Below the pieces are notes generated by a model. It was not told where the DNA came from and did no database searches. It saw only the letters and a list, made by a program, of their open reading frames with translations. A DNA stretch of 61,645 nucleotides, counting the filler, from Globobulimina sp. (lineage: Eukaryota), in assembly GCA_003354225.1 (NCBI GenBank). It is 18 parts of 18 records of this genome, joined end to end, with 100 filler letters (N's around TTAATTAATTAA, not from the genome) between each part and the next. Parts side by side here need not be neighbours in the genome. Positions count along the whole stretch, not along the records: positions 10,297 to 13,627 come from PIVH01003057.1; positions 13,728 to 17,058 come from PIVH01003058.1; positions 17,159 to 20,489 come from PIVH01003059.1; positions 20,590 to 23,919 come from PIVH01003060.1; 14 more parts are not named here. One strand, given 5' to 3'. Positions 11,882 through 24,019 of this stretch are shown here, in pieces. A program made the position numbers and the translations under genes. Every line of letters starts with the position of its first letter. Within the stretch, counting starts at the first letter, position 1.

Positions 11882-12480
11882 TGTCCATACCTAAACCGTG
11901 TGGACATTCATATTCAATAAATGTATCGATGAATTTGGATTGAAATATTCATACGGATCCATTTTTATTAAATATCTGTCCATACCTAAATCATAGTTAT
12001 CATATATTCTATAATAATACGTTTAGTATTGCTTTAGGTGTGAACACTCGTATTCATTAAATATATGTCCATACCTAAATGACAGTTATCATATATTCTA
12101 TTATAATACATTTATTAAGGTTTTAGGTGTGGACATTCATATTCAATATTCATCAATTCTCAAACATCTGTCCATACCTAAAGTATAGTTATCATATATT
12201 CTATGCTAATACGTTTAGTAAGGTTTTAGGTGTGGACATGCATATTCAATATTCCTCAATTAATTCTCAAACATCTGTCCATACCTAAATCTTGTTTCCT
12301 TATATTATATAACAATTCCATTTAGCATTGGTTTAGGTATGGACAATGATGTTCACTATTTATTATATCTCTATGTACGTTAATTTGAATATATCCAGTC
12401 ATGTATTCAATCTGTTGTTAAACATCTGTCCCTACCTGATTCCTTTTTATTTATATTATATAACATAACATTTAGAATTA
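11882..12480. repeat. Array of 70-bp units bounded by 14-bp inverted repeats
   Basis: TGTCCATACCTAAA...TTTAGGTRTGGACA units at 11977-12046, 12066-12135, 12169-12238 and 12276-12345. Collapsed copy at 11882, degenerate copy at 12427. Confidence 0.9.
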
Positions 12481-13231
12481 ATTAAAATTTAATATTTTTT
12501 AATTTCAAATCATTATATGTCATTAGCTAGCGCCTTGCAAATCCCATTCGAATTTATGTCAGTTGGCCATGTACGTATTTCTGTTAAATATGAACAAATT
12601 TGAATTCCTATTTTACCAAATAAATGCTGCAATTTTTTGTCAGATATTTTACCAAATAAATGCTCTTATTACTTTTGGGACTATTTATCGATCAACTGTA
12701 TCAGCGCAATATTAGCAAAATGTAACATTATTTGGTGTTGCACGACATGTCTGTAGCTATGGAATGTTATTTTGTGAAGTATATTGGCATATATCGCATC
12801 AAAAGTGATGCGGCTACCTTTCATTCGTCTATCGGAAATAATGGAAAATATACGAAGACTCTTATGGTATATATCAAATGTTAATCATGAGTGATTTGGA
12901 GATGTCGATTTTTTTATGGACGGAAATTGAGGGATAAAGAATGCTGACATCTGAAAAGCGTTTTCAGACCGCTGTGATTGGGTTTGTACCTACAGTTGGA
13001 TAGGTTGTCAGCTCAATCGGTCTCAGGAAAGCGTATGGATCGCGCTCTCCTCAGTTCTTTGCTGTCCGTGAGCGTGGTGACGTGGACTTCTGTAGTTAGT
13101 CTGTGAGCGTGGTGACGTGGACCTATCGGACTCAGATATCATCCTTAGCCAGAACTGCCGGACGATGTACCTATTATTAGCGCCATTGAGGCACTTAGTT
13201 TTTGAGTAGTAATAGTGGGTTGTGAATACTA

Positions 13232-13627
13232 TAATACAATATATACTCAACATCCATTCCTAGCAGCAACTCAGTCGCTTTAGGACACAGACTGTCGTCA
13301 CGCGTGACGCAAATGCTAATAAATCTGTGAGATTGCAGAATTACCTATCAAGTGTATATATTTTTGAATAGCGCAGAATCTCAGCTTTCTGATATATACA
13401 ACATTTGCTATGATATCTGTCGATCTGATTGAGATACAGTTGAATGATTAAAATTTGATCACTAATTTTCAAGGCAAAATACTGTTTTTTCACTAAATTC
13501 CTGTGTCCTAAAGAGGGTCTGCGACTGAGTTGCAGAGAGTATCTGATGATCGTTGTAATGCTCAATCTATGAATGAGTGTATAAATATCTCTTTCTGCTA
13601 GGAATGGATGTTGAGTATATTGTATTA
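13232..13627. repeat. Foldback element running to the contig end
   Basis: ATACTCAACATCCATTCCTAGCAG (about 13243-13266) is inverted at about 13595-13620. GCAACTCAGTCGC and TTTAGGACACAG are inverted at about 13500-13533. Confidence 0.75.
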
Positions 13628-13728
13628 NNNNNNNNNNNNNNNNNNNNNNNNNNNNNNNNNNNNNNNNNNNNTTAATTAATTAANNNNNNNNNNNNNNNNN
13701 NNNNNNNNNNNNNNNNNNNNNNNNNNNT

Positions 13729-14700
13729 GAAATTAAACAACAAGAAAATAACAATTGCGACGATATCGAAGAAAAATATGATTATTATATTGATTATGAT
13801 GGACATATATCATATTATAACAGAAATGAACCAAATCAACCAATTGGTGGTGCTTATGGCCGTATTGACGTACTGATTCTATTGCGTGTTCATCGAAAAA
13901 ATAAAGATTATGATGATATACTGAAAGATGATAAATTTATTACATTTGAAGCAAGAGAAAGATATTCAGAAAGATATCCAGAAAGATATTATTCACCATT
14001 GGCTCCCTTAGAAAAATTCAGAAAATGGTGGAGTTACAGAAAAACAAATTGTAAAGATATACAATGCGAAATTGATTCAAAACTAGCAAAAATACGACAA
14101 TCAATTCAAGCATTTCAAAAAAAGGCAAACATTTTGAATGCATTAAATGCGTGGATTTATAATAAATATAAATTAATTATAACTGCGGCAAACCATCCAA
14201 ATTTAACAAGTTTAAAACAATGTTTATCCGAATATGAGAAAGCGAAATTGTTTGATGATACCTGTTATGCGCATCCATGTCCTCATTGTAATACTGGTTC
14301 AAATAGTCAGTGGATAAAAGTTCGAAAAACAATCGTATACTTACCACCAATCCTTTTGTTTCATTTGGATAGATTTGGCAAGAATATCCAGTCAAATTAT
14401 GGCCGACATAAAGGAGGACGGTATTCGAAATCAAATGGAAGAAATAAATTTGAACATGCAATTAATTATGAATTACAATCAGATTTTGAAAGAGCTACAA
14501 AACAAATGTATAATTTATTTGGTGTATCAAAACATTATGGTTCAACAGATGGTGGCCATTATACTGCGACCGTTAAATGTTTATCTGATGGCAATTGGTA
14601 TGAGATTAGTGATTCATATGTTTATACAGGATCAAAACAGCAAGCATTGCGCCATTCGGAAAGTGCCACGATATTGGCTTATGTTAGAGATATGCAATAA
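13729..14700 (+). CDS. Ubiquitin-specific protease (peptidase C19), C-terminal part
   Basis: CPHC zinc knuckle, LPPILLFHLDRF and His box YNLFGVSKHYGSTDGGHYTA...WYEISDS. Frame is open from the contig start. Confidence 0.9.
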   Translation, partial: EIKQQENNNCDDIEEKYDYYIDYDGHISYYNRNEPNQPIGGAYGRIDVLILLRVHRKNKDYDDILKDDKFITFEARERYSERYPERYYSPLAPLEKFRKWWSYRKTNCKDIQCEIDSKLAKIRQSIQAFQKKANILNALNAWIYNKYKLIITAANHPNLTSLKQCLSEYEKAKLFDDTCYAHPCPHCNTGSNSQWIKVRKTIVYLPPILLFHLDRFGKNIQSNYGRHKGGRYSKSNGRNKFEHAINYELQSDFERATKQMYNLFGVSKHYGSTDGGHYTATVKCLSDGNWYEISDSYVYTGSKQQALRHSESATILAYVRDMQ

Positions 14701-14943
14701 TTTGATGTTTGAGTTTGTGTTGTTATTTGTTTTGCTATATCTAAGAGTGAACGGCAATAATTCTGTATTTTATTTTTAATGCTAAAACTATTATCAAAGT
14801 TAGCCAACTCTCCCCGTGATGTTGCGAATGTTAAATTTCTCGGAAAGTCGGAATTCTCTGTTTAGTGTTTATAGTGCCATTGTAAAAGTTTTCTCATCAC
14901 TGGCAAAAAAAATAGAGTGTGACCCAGCTAATATGTTCCAAAG

Positions 14944-15735
14944 ATGATGGGCAATTGCTTTCCAACAGAGGACAAGGGCGACAGTCTAGCCGACAGTTGC
15001 TTTCCAACAAATGACAACAATCCAATAATAAAAACGAAATCTGATGAAAAAGAAGAAAAACAATCGAACATAAATGAACCAAAAACTGCCAATACAAACA
15101 CAGATAAAGCAGAAGAAAAATTTGACAAAGCGAACGATTCAAAAAAACCATTATCATTGCAAACTGATTTAGGAAAACTTGTATTATCATTGCCAATGGA
15201 AGGAGTCATTGAATATGAAAAAAAAAATACATATTGGTTCATTAAATTAGGAAAAGAATGGCAAACAAATAGAGCTAACTTTGCTCGATTAACTGCTAAA
15301 ATATATAGCAATGCAATTTGGTATAAACGAGGCATTGAAGTCGGTAAAAAATGGACAAAATTATTAAATGAAGCAAACACTGACATTGCCACAGTGCCAC
15401 CGACGTCTGTGTCCGGCGCACATCTCACCCTCGGCAGAGTGGGTATCGATGACAAAGAGTGTCCACAATGTTTTGTGCGAGGTCATACGGTCAAATTTAA
15501 AATACAGAGATTAGTTTGTTATCCCACGTTTGCACCGCAACCACGGAATGTTCCCGGACAAGAAATTGATGATAAAGGGTATAGATATTATGCCACACAT
15601 TGGATGTCAGTGGATATTGAGTTTGTTGGTTTTGATTATAATACACCGTTTTCACCACATATATCATTGTGTAATATTGCTGTTAAATTAAAAGCTGACC
15701 ATGTCGAGAAGTTAAATAATATGGATACAAAATAA
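14944..15735 (+). CDS. Putative N-myristoylated 2H phosphoesterase-like protein
   Basis: MGNCF N-terminus and two HxT/S motifs (AHLTLG, PHISL) about 80 aa apart. Confidence 0.55.
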   Translation: MMGNCFPTEDKGDSLADSCFPTNDNNPIIKTKSDEKEEKQSNINEPKTANTNTDKAEEKFDKANDSKKPLSLQTDLGKLVLSLPMEGVIEYEKKNTYWFIKLGKEWQTNRANFARLTAKIYSNAIWYKRGIEVGKKWTKLLNEANTDIATVPPTSVSGAHLTLGRVGIDDKECPQCFVRGHTVKFKIQRLVCYPTFAPQPRNVPGQEIDDKGYRYYATHWMSVDIEFVGFDYNTPFSPHISLCNIAVKLKADHVEKLNNMDTK

Positions 15736-16065
15736 TTTGGTCATATATGCATATATGTAAACTAATTTTGAGATTACTGTACTTAATGGTTATAAATCAC
15801 TGACATTCTTGTACACTAAATCGTTTTTCTTCGAATTCATCTTAAATCAATATTTGGTCCGCGTTGACGGAGAAAGTCCGACCGCCAAAATAACGGTCGT
15901 CTATGATCGGACTTTCCCCGTCAATGTTGGTTTTAATCTAAGTACAAAAATCAGCAAAAATGGAAAACTTAGTAAAATAATAACAATATAAATCAAAATA
16001 AGTGATATAGCAACAAATAAAATTAAGTAATTAATAACAATATTGGTTCAAACACCGAGATCACT

Positions 16066-17058
16066 CTACAACATATCTGTTTTTTCGCCATTCTCATTCA
16101 GCTCTGTCACAGTTACATCTGTTGTATATGTTGCATCTGTTTCGCATTCATCGCATTCCGATCTTTCGGGTTTTTTATTTGATATCATTTTAAATAAAAG
16201 CAATTTGCATTTTGCATCAAGACAACCGCAACAAACATCATATTGTTTACTAAACACTGAATAGGACAGAATGACAGTTATGAAATTTGTATAAATGTCC
16301 ATCAAAATAAAGGAAAAAGTGACCAATTCCGGCCAACCACCACTTTGGTTAATATTCAATTTGCTGTACATTGTTATTTCGCAAATCGGAACCAACACAG
16401 AAAATATTGTTGAGAATAATGTCAAAATGGTTGTTTTTATCATTGTAGACAAAATATTATCATTCGCGTCCATTTTATTGCCGTGGCCATGGCCATGATT
16501 TAAATGTATCGAAGCCTTATATATTTGAAATAATTTCTTAATAAATAAATACGACAATAACAATGAGAAAAATGCAAACAAAATAATTGGTATTAACATT
16601 GCGTTTGACTGTATGGCGGAAAATATGATCATAGACATTATCATTAAAATTGGTAACGATACAAATAAAGATATAAACATTTTAGTGGTAATAGGGGATA
16701 ATTTATAAACAGAATTCTTAAAAACACAGTATAATTTTGTAAACATTACTAACCATAATAAGTATATTTGAACTATAACATATAAAAAAAAGATTGCTAT
16801 GATTCGTGTGATTGCTCCTTCGATGGAATAACAAACACTTAAAAGTATATAGTGCCACGACAATAATAATAAACATGAAATTGCGAAGAATGTCAATCCC
16901 GAAAAAAATAATATTTTTGGAGTTGTTTGTTTTTGTCGGTGGATATTACTTTTGCTAGAATTGAGATTAACGGCTTTGTTGAACTCATGTTGCAGAAATT
17001 TTGCAACGAAATATATGGATGAAATGAACAAAATTACGTTGATAAAAGTCACTGTCCA
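16066..17058 (-). CDS. Multi-pass (about 7TM) GPCR-like membrane protein, probably 5'-truncated
   Basis: Seven hydrophobic segments. MDIYTNFITVILSY...YDVCCGC resembles the contig 2 paralogues. Confidence 0.7.
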   Translation of the reverse strand, partial: WTVTFINVILFISSIYFVAKFLQHEFNKAVNLNSSKSNIHRQKQTTPKILFFSGLTFFAISCLLLLSWHYILLSVCYSIEGAITRIIAIFFLYVIVQIYLLWLVMFTKLYCVFKNSVYKLSPITTKMFISLFVSLPILMIMSMIIFSAIQSNAMLIPIILFAFFSLLLSYLFIKKLFQIYKASIHLNHGHGHGNKMDANDNILSTMIKTTILTLFSTIFSVLVPICEITMYSKLNINQSGGWPELVTFSFILMDIYTNFITVILSYSVFSKQYDVCCGCLDAKCKLLLFKMISNKKPERSECDECETDATYTTDVTVTELNENGEKTDML

Positions 17059-17306
17059 NNNNNNNNNNNNNNNNNNNNNNNNNNNNNNNNNNNNNNNNNN
17101 NNTTAATTAATTAANNNNNNNNNNNNNNNNNNNNNNNNNNNNNNNNNNNNNNNNNNNNAACACATTGAGCCGTCAATAACGGAAATAAATGAATTCCAGA
17201 CAATAACAACAACAACAAAGCTGACATGATTAACTACACAGAATCTTTTTGCTAACGGAGAGTGCGAACACCAAATAAACTTTTTATTTAATGTTTAATG
17301 TTTAAT

Positions 17307-19583
17307 TTAATACATTTTAATTACCAAAGAAATCTTACCTTTACAAATAGCACATCTATTTGTAGTTTTTCTAAATTCATCAATACAAAACTCACAGAAA
17401 TGATGTCCACATTGTAAAATATGTGTTGTTTCTCTATCACAACACACATTACACTGACGATTATCTTGTTGTGTATTAGTATTCACATTTGCATATTTTC
17501 TTTTTAATCGAACAATTTCATTAAATACAACATCTAAATCTAATTCGTTGCTTATTCCAATTTTATCCAAAATATAACGATCAAAATATTCTAAATATTC
17601 ACCTTTAAATATTTGCAGTTCACTTTGTAATTCTATATCCTTTTCCTCTTCCAATTCAACTGCAACTCCGTCTGTTTCGCATTCATTATTTGATTTATTT
17701 CCATTATGTATCAATGGATACGATCGCGATGATCCTAAATTTAATCCATCTAAAAATTTACGACGTTTATTCGCAACCAACACTGACTGTGACTGTGACT
17801 GAATGCCATCTTTTCTTCTTGACTTTGATGGTGGTGATATAATCAGCGGTGGACTCATTTCATTACATTTAAAAAAAGATCCATTTTCATTTTCATTGCG
17901 ATTGACTATGCCGAATCTCTGCCGATTTAATTGCATATATTTTTCAATCTTATCCATACACTGTTTATCAGTGGGCCAATATCCATAAAATGATTTGACA
18001 TTTTTATATTTTATGCGTTTTAACCATTCAATGAATGATCCAATATCCCAATATTTCCATAACGACTCAAAATCATCCCACATTTTCAATTTATTTCGAT
18101 TATAATTTATTCTCTCTTTCTCTTTATTTCGCACCAATTGTAATTTAATTAACTTATCATATTCAATCGATAATTTATTCAGTAAATTACTTATATTCCC
18201 ATCAATTATTTTATACTCCGTCTCTATGTCCGAGCTCTCATTCACATCCAATATCTCACTCTATTCTCAAACCGTAAAAATGCAAAAAAAAAAACGATTA
18301 CAAAATTGAAACACAAAAAAAATACAAACTTTAGATTCAAACTCTTTTCTGTCATTATGAGAGGCAATTAATATTTTTTTTAATTGTTCTGGATTTGTTG
18401 GCAATGCCTCGAAATTGTTCGATATAATATTTTGCAATAAAGCAGGCGTCCTTTGATACGCAGTGGGTTTATACAATAACTTAACAATATCTTCAGAATT
18501 GGCAAACATAGCAATTTCAATGGCAGTTAACTGCGAATGTTTACATCGTATATTAACATCAGCGTTATATGACAATAATACCTGTACTGCATTATAATGG
18601 TTATGCTGAGTGTGATAAAACAACGCCGTTCCATGATATTTATTGTTATAATTTATATCGACAATATATCCGTTACTAAATAACCATACAAAGGATTGTT
18701 TTTGTGTGACATATCGCAATATATTATCATCTAAAAGTGCACCATTATCAATCATCATTTGTGGCAATTCAAAGTATGCTCTGTCTAATGCTGTGGCAAT
18801 GTAATTGATGTCGGCGCCATGTGTCGCTAAAAACTGTGCCAACGATACAATGTCAAAATAGGTCTCAGACTCCGATGCCACTGCCTTATTATGGATGTTA
18901 TTTATATTATAATGTCGGACTAAATAATAAATACAATCCTTTGGTACTTTACATCCGCAGCTCACTAAATGGTGGATGCAGGGAATTGTATTTAATTCGT
19001 CAATTTTATTATTGTATTGAAATAATAAGTTAATTATACGATGATTTGATTCATGCTTAACGTCACTGCCTTTGTTTAGCAATAATTTGATGCTATCAAA
19101 ATTCGACTGACAGCATGCGAATTGAAGGGGTGTGAAATTTCTGTATTTGTTTGCATTGCAATATGTGAATGGATTGTTGATATGAAAGGATTTAGTTTTT
19201 GATAAGATGTAGTTGAGTGATTCTAAATTATTTGTTCTGAGCAAGTCTTTTAAATACCATGAGCCTGAACATAATATATCGGATTCATTTTTAGCAAAAA
19301 AATCATTGATTTCATTGTTTCGTTTGGAGTGTACTATTTTGCTCCATGTTGGCTGTATTTCCTTGTATTTATAATAGGATTCAATGCGTTGATTGATATC
19401 TGTATGGAAACCAATGGGTAGATTGGTGATCGGATCTTGCTTATTTTGTGACTCAAACAGATGGGCCATGAGGTCATGCGTTGAGTAGTAGTTTTTCTTT
19501 TCAAATTTGAGTTTCCATTCTTCTCCAATCTCCACTGGGCACTGGCATGGCAGTTCCACAAATACTTGGCAAATGCGAGACAT
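17307..19583 (-). CDS. Ankyrin-repeat and C-terminal RING-finger protein (putative E3 ligase), intron 18329-18261
   Basis: Ankyrin motifs TPLQFAC..LLLNKGSDV and GTALFY..VLLSYNADVN. C3HC4 RING CNVC...CGHHFCEFC...CAICK. A phase-0 69-nt intron joins the two ORFs. Confidence 0.85.
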
Positions 19584-20589
19584 TACCAGGAGGTTTTGTG
19601 CTATTGTCTAAGTATCAAGAACAAGGCATTTACCATTTAGAAGAGTGGCACGAGACACATCAACAAAATATGATAACGGAATTGATTGAAACTGGTTTTT
19701 TAGACAGTGACTGTGACTGTGACTGTGAAACTAGTGATGATGAAACAAATGGAGAAGAACAATATATAGAAAAAAGTGACGAGGGTTTGTACCATACCTC
19801 ATATGTAAATTGTATATAAGACATGATATGATACAACAATAAGATGGCAGCAAATATGGAGAATATGGAGAATATGGAAACAACAAACTACAAAAACAAA
19901 AAAAAACACAGATTCGATCTCGATTTGGGTTATTGAGCAAAGTTTCTCTCACTACAACTTTATCATTGTTGTCATTTTCATATTTTATTAATTTCTCATT
20001 TTAGGAATTATTATGTATCTCATACACAGAAACTGTTATTCATATTGCTATTGTTGTCGTTGTCGTAAATATTAAACACTGACTGACCATGACTTATTTT
20101 TTTTTAGTTATGTGTTGGTGCTATTTTTATTTTATTACATTAACATTCGATGTTAGTAGTCTGTTTCTTCTTTTTTCATATAATACTATTATTTTATTAA
20201 ATTACCATTTATTTTGATGGTGCTGTTTTATTCATCACCACCATTTTTTTAGAAAAGTACACAGAATGCATAGCGGCAAGACCTAAAGCGTCACAGCTGA
20301 GTGTAACTTTGTTTTTGATACGTCATCATTTGGAAATATGACACGTCTCCCTTTTTGTATATATGTGACCATATCAAAATGTTTTTGGGTACCCCATGTT
20401 TTGCCTATCAAAAAAAGCAATATTCAACTCAACTGCACTGTGTTTACATAAAAAGCAGTGGCTAAACAGTAAATATACTGTTTGTCTATNNNNNNNNNNN
20501 NNNNNNNNNNNNNNNNNNNNNNNNNNNNNNNNNTTAATTAATTAANNNNNNNNNNNNNNNNNNNNNNNNNNNNNNNNNNNNNNNNNNNN

Positions 20590-21807
20590 CCCTTTTCAGC
20601 GTATGGTGACTCAAACACTGTGAAGAAAAAACATGGCACAGTGCAGTTCCAACCAAATCAGCCATTTCAAATTGAAACAATAATCCGATTATTTCCAAAC
20701 GCCGAACAGATATCAATCAACGCCGATAACTGGGATTTTTCACTATGTCATTTCATTGGATTTCTGCAGAAATTTGACATGGATTATGCCAATGTTAAAT
20801 TACAAGACATCTATATTAAATTTACCAGCTCCAAAAACATAGCGTATGAAATAGTAACTGACGATGAAAGAGCTCAGCAATTAATGAATAAAACATTGCA
20901 GGCCAGACAGCAGCTGTCTGTTTTGCGAAAATTGGGCTGGCAGTTTGTGACTTGCAGCCATTTACACCGTGTTGGCTTTGAACCAGCGCCCGAACTGCCA
21001 TTTGTTATGGTTTTTGTGAGACCGCGCAAAAATACAAAGTTTTATTATCAATCGTATTCGATGCGGTTTACAAAGCAGCAAATCCAAGCCATTGGAGATT
21101 TGGATGCCGATGGAAAAGAGGATTATGAACCAGGCACTCCGTCGTATGATAATGAGGTCGATGGGTTGGAACCGGGTCAAATGTCGTATCATAATTTTGA
21201 TACAGGTTCGGAGGAGAAATCGTTGGAGCAGGTAAACGATGAGATGATGGATGGTGGGAAATATGTGGTGGTGCAGCATAATCCGGCACATTGTATATTG
21301 AGTGCCAATATGTTTGATACATTGGAGTATAAGGATGAGTTGATTGCATTTTTGAAATTTAGAAAGGAAAATTATAAACATGGTTTTGAACGGTATCAGA
21401 AGAAAAATCGGAAAAAAGCTAAGTTTATTGAGTTATGCCAGAAAGTGGAGACATTGGTTTTGGATCCAATGCCGAAAGAGTTGCAAAGTATTTTTATGGA
21501 GTATCCGAATAATAATAAATATCGTGGACTTATATCGTTTGAGATGATTTATAAAATATTTCCGTGTGTCAAGGAATTGTTTTTGAGGAATACTGTGCTG
21601 AATTTACGGATATGTTATAATTTGGTGAAATTTGAAAAGGAATATGGTCATAAAGCTAAATTGGAACGTGTATTTTTTGAAAAAGCAAAAGGCAGCGAAA
21701 GCATGAAAGACAGACATACAATGCGATTTCAGTTAGTGTTGAATCCTCATTTATGGAGTGTTACTTATTCAGAATGTATGATACAAAAATATAATGTAAC
21801 TGATTGA
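20590..21807 (+). CDS. Hypothetical protein, 5'-truncated
   Basis: About 400-codon open frame with an internal repeat motif (ETIIRLFPNAEQISI / EMIYKIFPCVKELFL). Confidence 0.7.
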   Translation, partial: PFSAYGDSNTVKKKHGTVQFQPNQPFQIETIIRLFPNAEQISINADNWDFSLCHFIGFLQKFDMDYANVKLQDIYIKFTSSKNIAYEIVTDDERAQQLMNKTLQARQQLSVLRKLGWQFVTCSHLHRVGFEPAPELPFVMVFVRPRKNTKFYYQSYSMRFTKQQIQAIGDLDADGKEDYEPGTPSYDNEVDGLEPGQMSYHNFDTGSEEKSLEQVNDEMMDGGKYVVVQHNPAHCILSANMFDTLEYKDELIAFLKFRKENYKHGFERYQKKNRKKAKFIELCQKVETLVLDPMPKELQSIFMEYPNNNKYRGLISFEMIYKIFPCVKELFLRNTVLNLRICYNLVKFEKEYGHKAKLERVFFEKAKGSESMKDRHTMRFQLVLNPHLWSVTYSECMIQKYNVTD

Positions 21808-21937
21808 TAAATATTTCTGTTTCTAATGTGTTATGACTTATGACTGAGTTTCGAAAGATTTAATGCACTGATGAGGAAATAATGCTTGATTTTAAGGTTT
21901 TCTTGAAGTATTCTAGTCAACCAATGCATTATTCACA

Positions 21938-23600
21938 ATGAACGCGTTTTTAATATTACCAATCATTATTCCTTTGATCAATGCAGCATCATATACATGT
22001 GACACAGTGAATTGTAATAAAGAATTCATATTTGACGAACCTGCAGCAGACACTTCATTCTTTTGTAATCAAGCTGGAAAATGCAATAATTTAGTTATTT
22101 ATTATGCAGGATCTTCCACATTAGATTTATTTTGTTCTGTCCCTGATGCATGTGTTGGTACCCAAGTATATTGTGGTAATTGGCCACCGCAAATCACAAA
22201 TATTGCCGCCAATATAAATTGTAACATCAATTGTAATTCAGACACGCCAGTTGCTTGCCACAATGTTTTTTTTTCTTGTAAAGGTGAAGCAGGAGAAATT
22301 GGTGGATGTTGGATGGGATCCACAGGATCTGCTCGAACCATCAATGACTGCACAATGGAATGCAACACAGGTATACAAGTAATGTATATTTATAATATTA
22401 ATATTCCATTAATTGTTTAATAATAATGTAGGAAACAGTAATTGTGAATGGGATTGTTCGGGCACTGGTTGTTGTAACTACGGCCCTGGTGACTGCAGTG
22501 GACCCAATGAGATGTTATGTCATACACCTTCACCAAATGATAATTGTCACTGTACATCAGGTAATTGTGGCTCAGTGGATAGATATTATGATCAAACATA
22601 CCAACCAACATCGCCAACCACAAAGTCACCAACCACACCTTCACCCACACCTTCACCGACACCGTCACCCACACCGTCGCCGACACCTTCACCAACTACA
22701 CACTCACCGACCACAGCTTCACCGACAACTGACTCACCCACAGACTCACCAACTTTTCAACCAACCACTATACCAACGTTTATGCCAACCACTATACCAA
22801 CTTTTATGCCCACCACGTTTGCCCCAACAAGTGCTACTCCAACAACGTTTCCAACCAAAACACCTACAAATGAGCCTGTAACTAACAGTCCGACAATACT
22901 GCCCTCTGCGACTCCAACCAATGAACCAACAACAGGCACGCCCACAACTTCTGAACCGAGTGAATTCCAACGACTGGTGATAGGAACCAGTACTCCAACG
23001 ACTGTGAACCAAACCTATGCGGATGGAATTGTACGAGATATGACAACCAACAATGGGGAAAAGTCCGGAGATAATCATGTTGTAAATGACGTAATATTTG
23101 GTATGGACAGCACAATGTTTTTGTTTATTGTGGGAGGTTCGGTGATTGTGTTTTTAATTTGTGTCCTAATTTTGTTGATACATATTACGATTAAGAAGAG
23201 AAAAGAGTTCGCGACGGCAAATGTAAACGTAGTGCATAGTACATCTGAAGTTGAAATGGAAGGTAATAATTTTTCTCCGTCACAATTGCAAATTACTGCA
23301 ATAAATAGTACATCACAAATTATTGCAAAGAAGCAAAGTGTTTCAAAATCAGAGGACAGTGCAAATTCACTGTATATGGATGCAAATGATGTTATTAATA
23401 TTACATGCACCGCATCGCCAGGACCTGAAAGTGTGATAAATAATGTTGGAGAGGATTATTTGGAAGATAGTGATGGTGAACTGGACGAAATGTATACTCA
23501 AACTGAAGATCAACATTATGTTGGTAGCATGTCTGCGACTGTGGGTTTTACGCAGACCGCGGGGTTTAAGCAGACCTTAAAAAGTGTAGACAGTCACTGA
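21938..23600 (+). CDS. Type I membrane protein: signal peptide, Cys-rich region, PT repeats, TM; intron 22371-22431
   Basis: Phase-1 61-nt GT-AG intron, (PSPT)n and (PTTIPTFM) repeats, TM FLFIVGGSVIVFLICVLILLI. Confidence 0.85.
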
Positions 23601-24019
23601 CAGTGGCATTGAAACGAAATTTGAAACCACCTGATCTGTTAAATATTTTGTAGATAATACAATATTTATTCGCACATCCATGACTAGTATGTTAAATGTT
23701 AGTAGTCATAGATAATACTTTAGAACATGGCAATAATTTCAGACAGCAATGCGTTTGAATTATCATCGCACACACCGCAGATGGTGGTCTATCACTTTAA
23801 ACAGAGTCATGATCAAAGTTTAGATCTGACAGTACTGTGATCTGAAGAAGCAATAACTGCAAGGGCGACTACAGGAGAGTGATTTGCCCAGAACTGGCTG
23901 CAAGTCGTCAAATTATTTANNNNNNNNNNNNNNNNNNNNNNNNNNNNNNNNNNNNNNNNNNNNTTAATTAATTAANNNNNNNNNNNNNNNNNNNNNNNNN
24001 NNNNNNNNNNNNNNNNNNN

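Noticed and set aside
11882-12480. CRISPR array
   Set aside because: The interiors are homologous to each other rather than unique spacers, the repeats alternate in orientation, there are no cas genes, and the context is eukaryotic.
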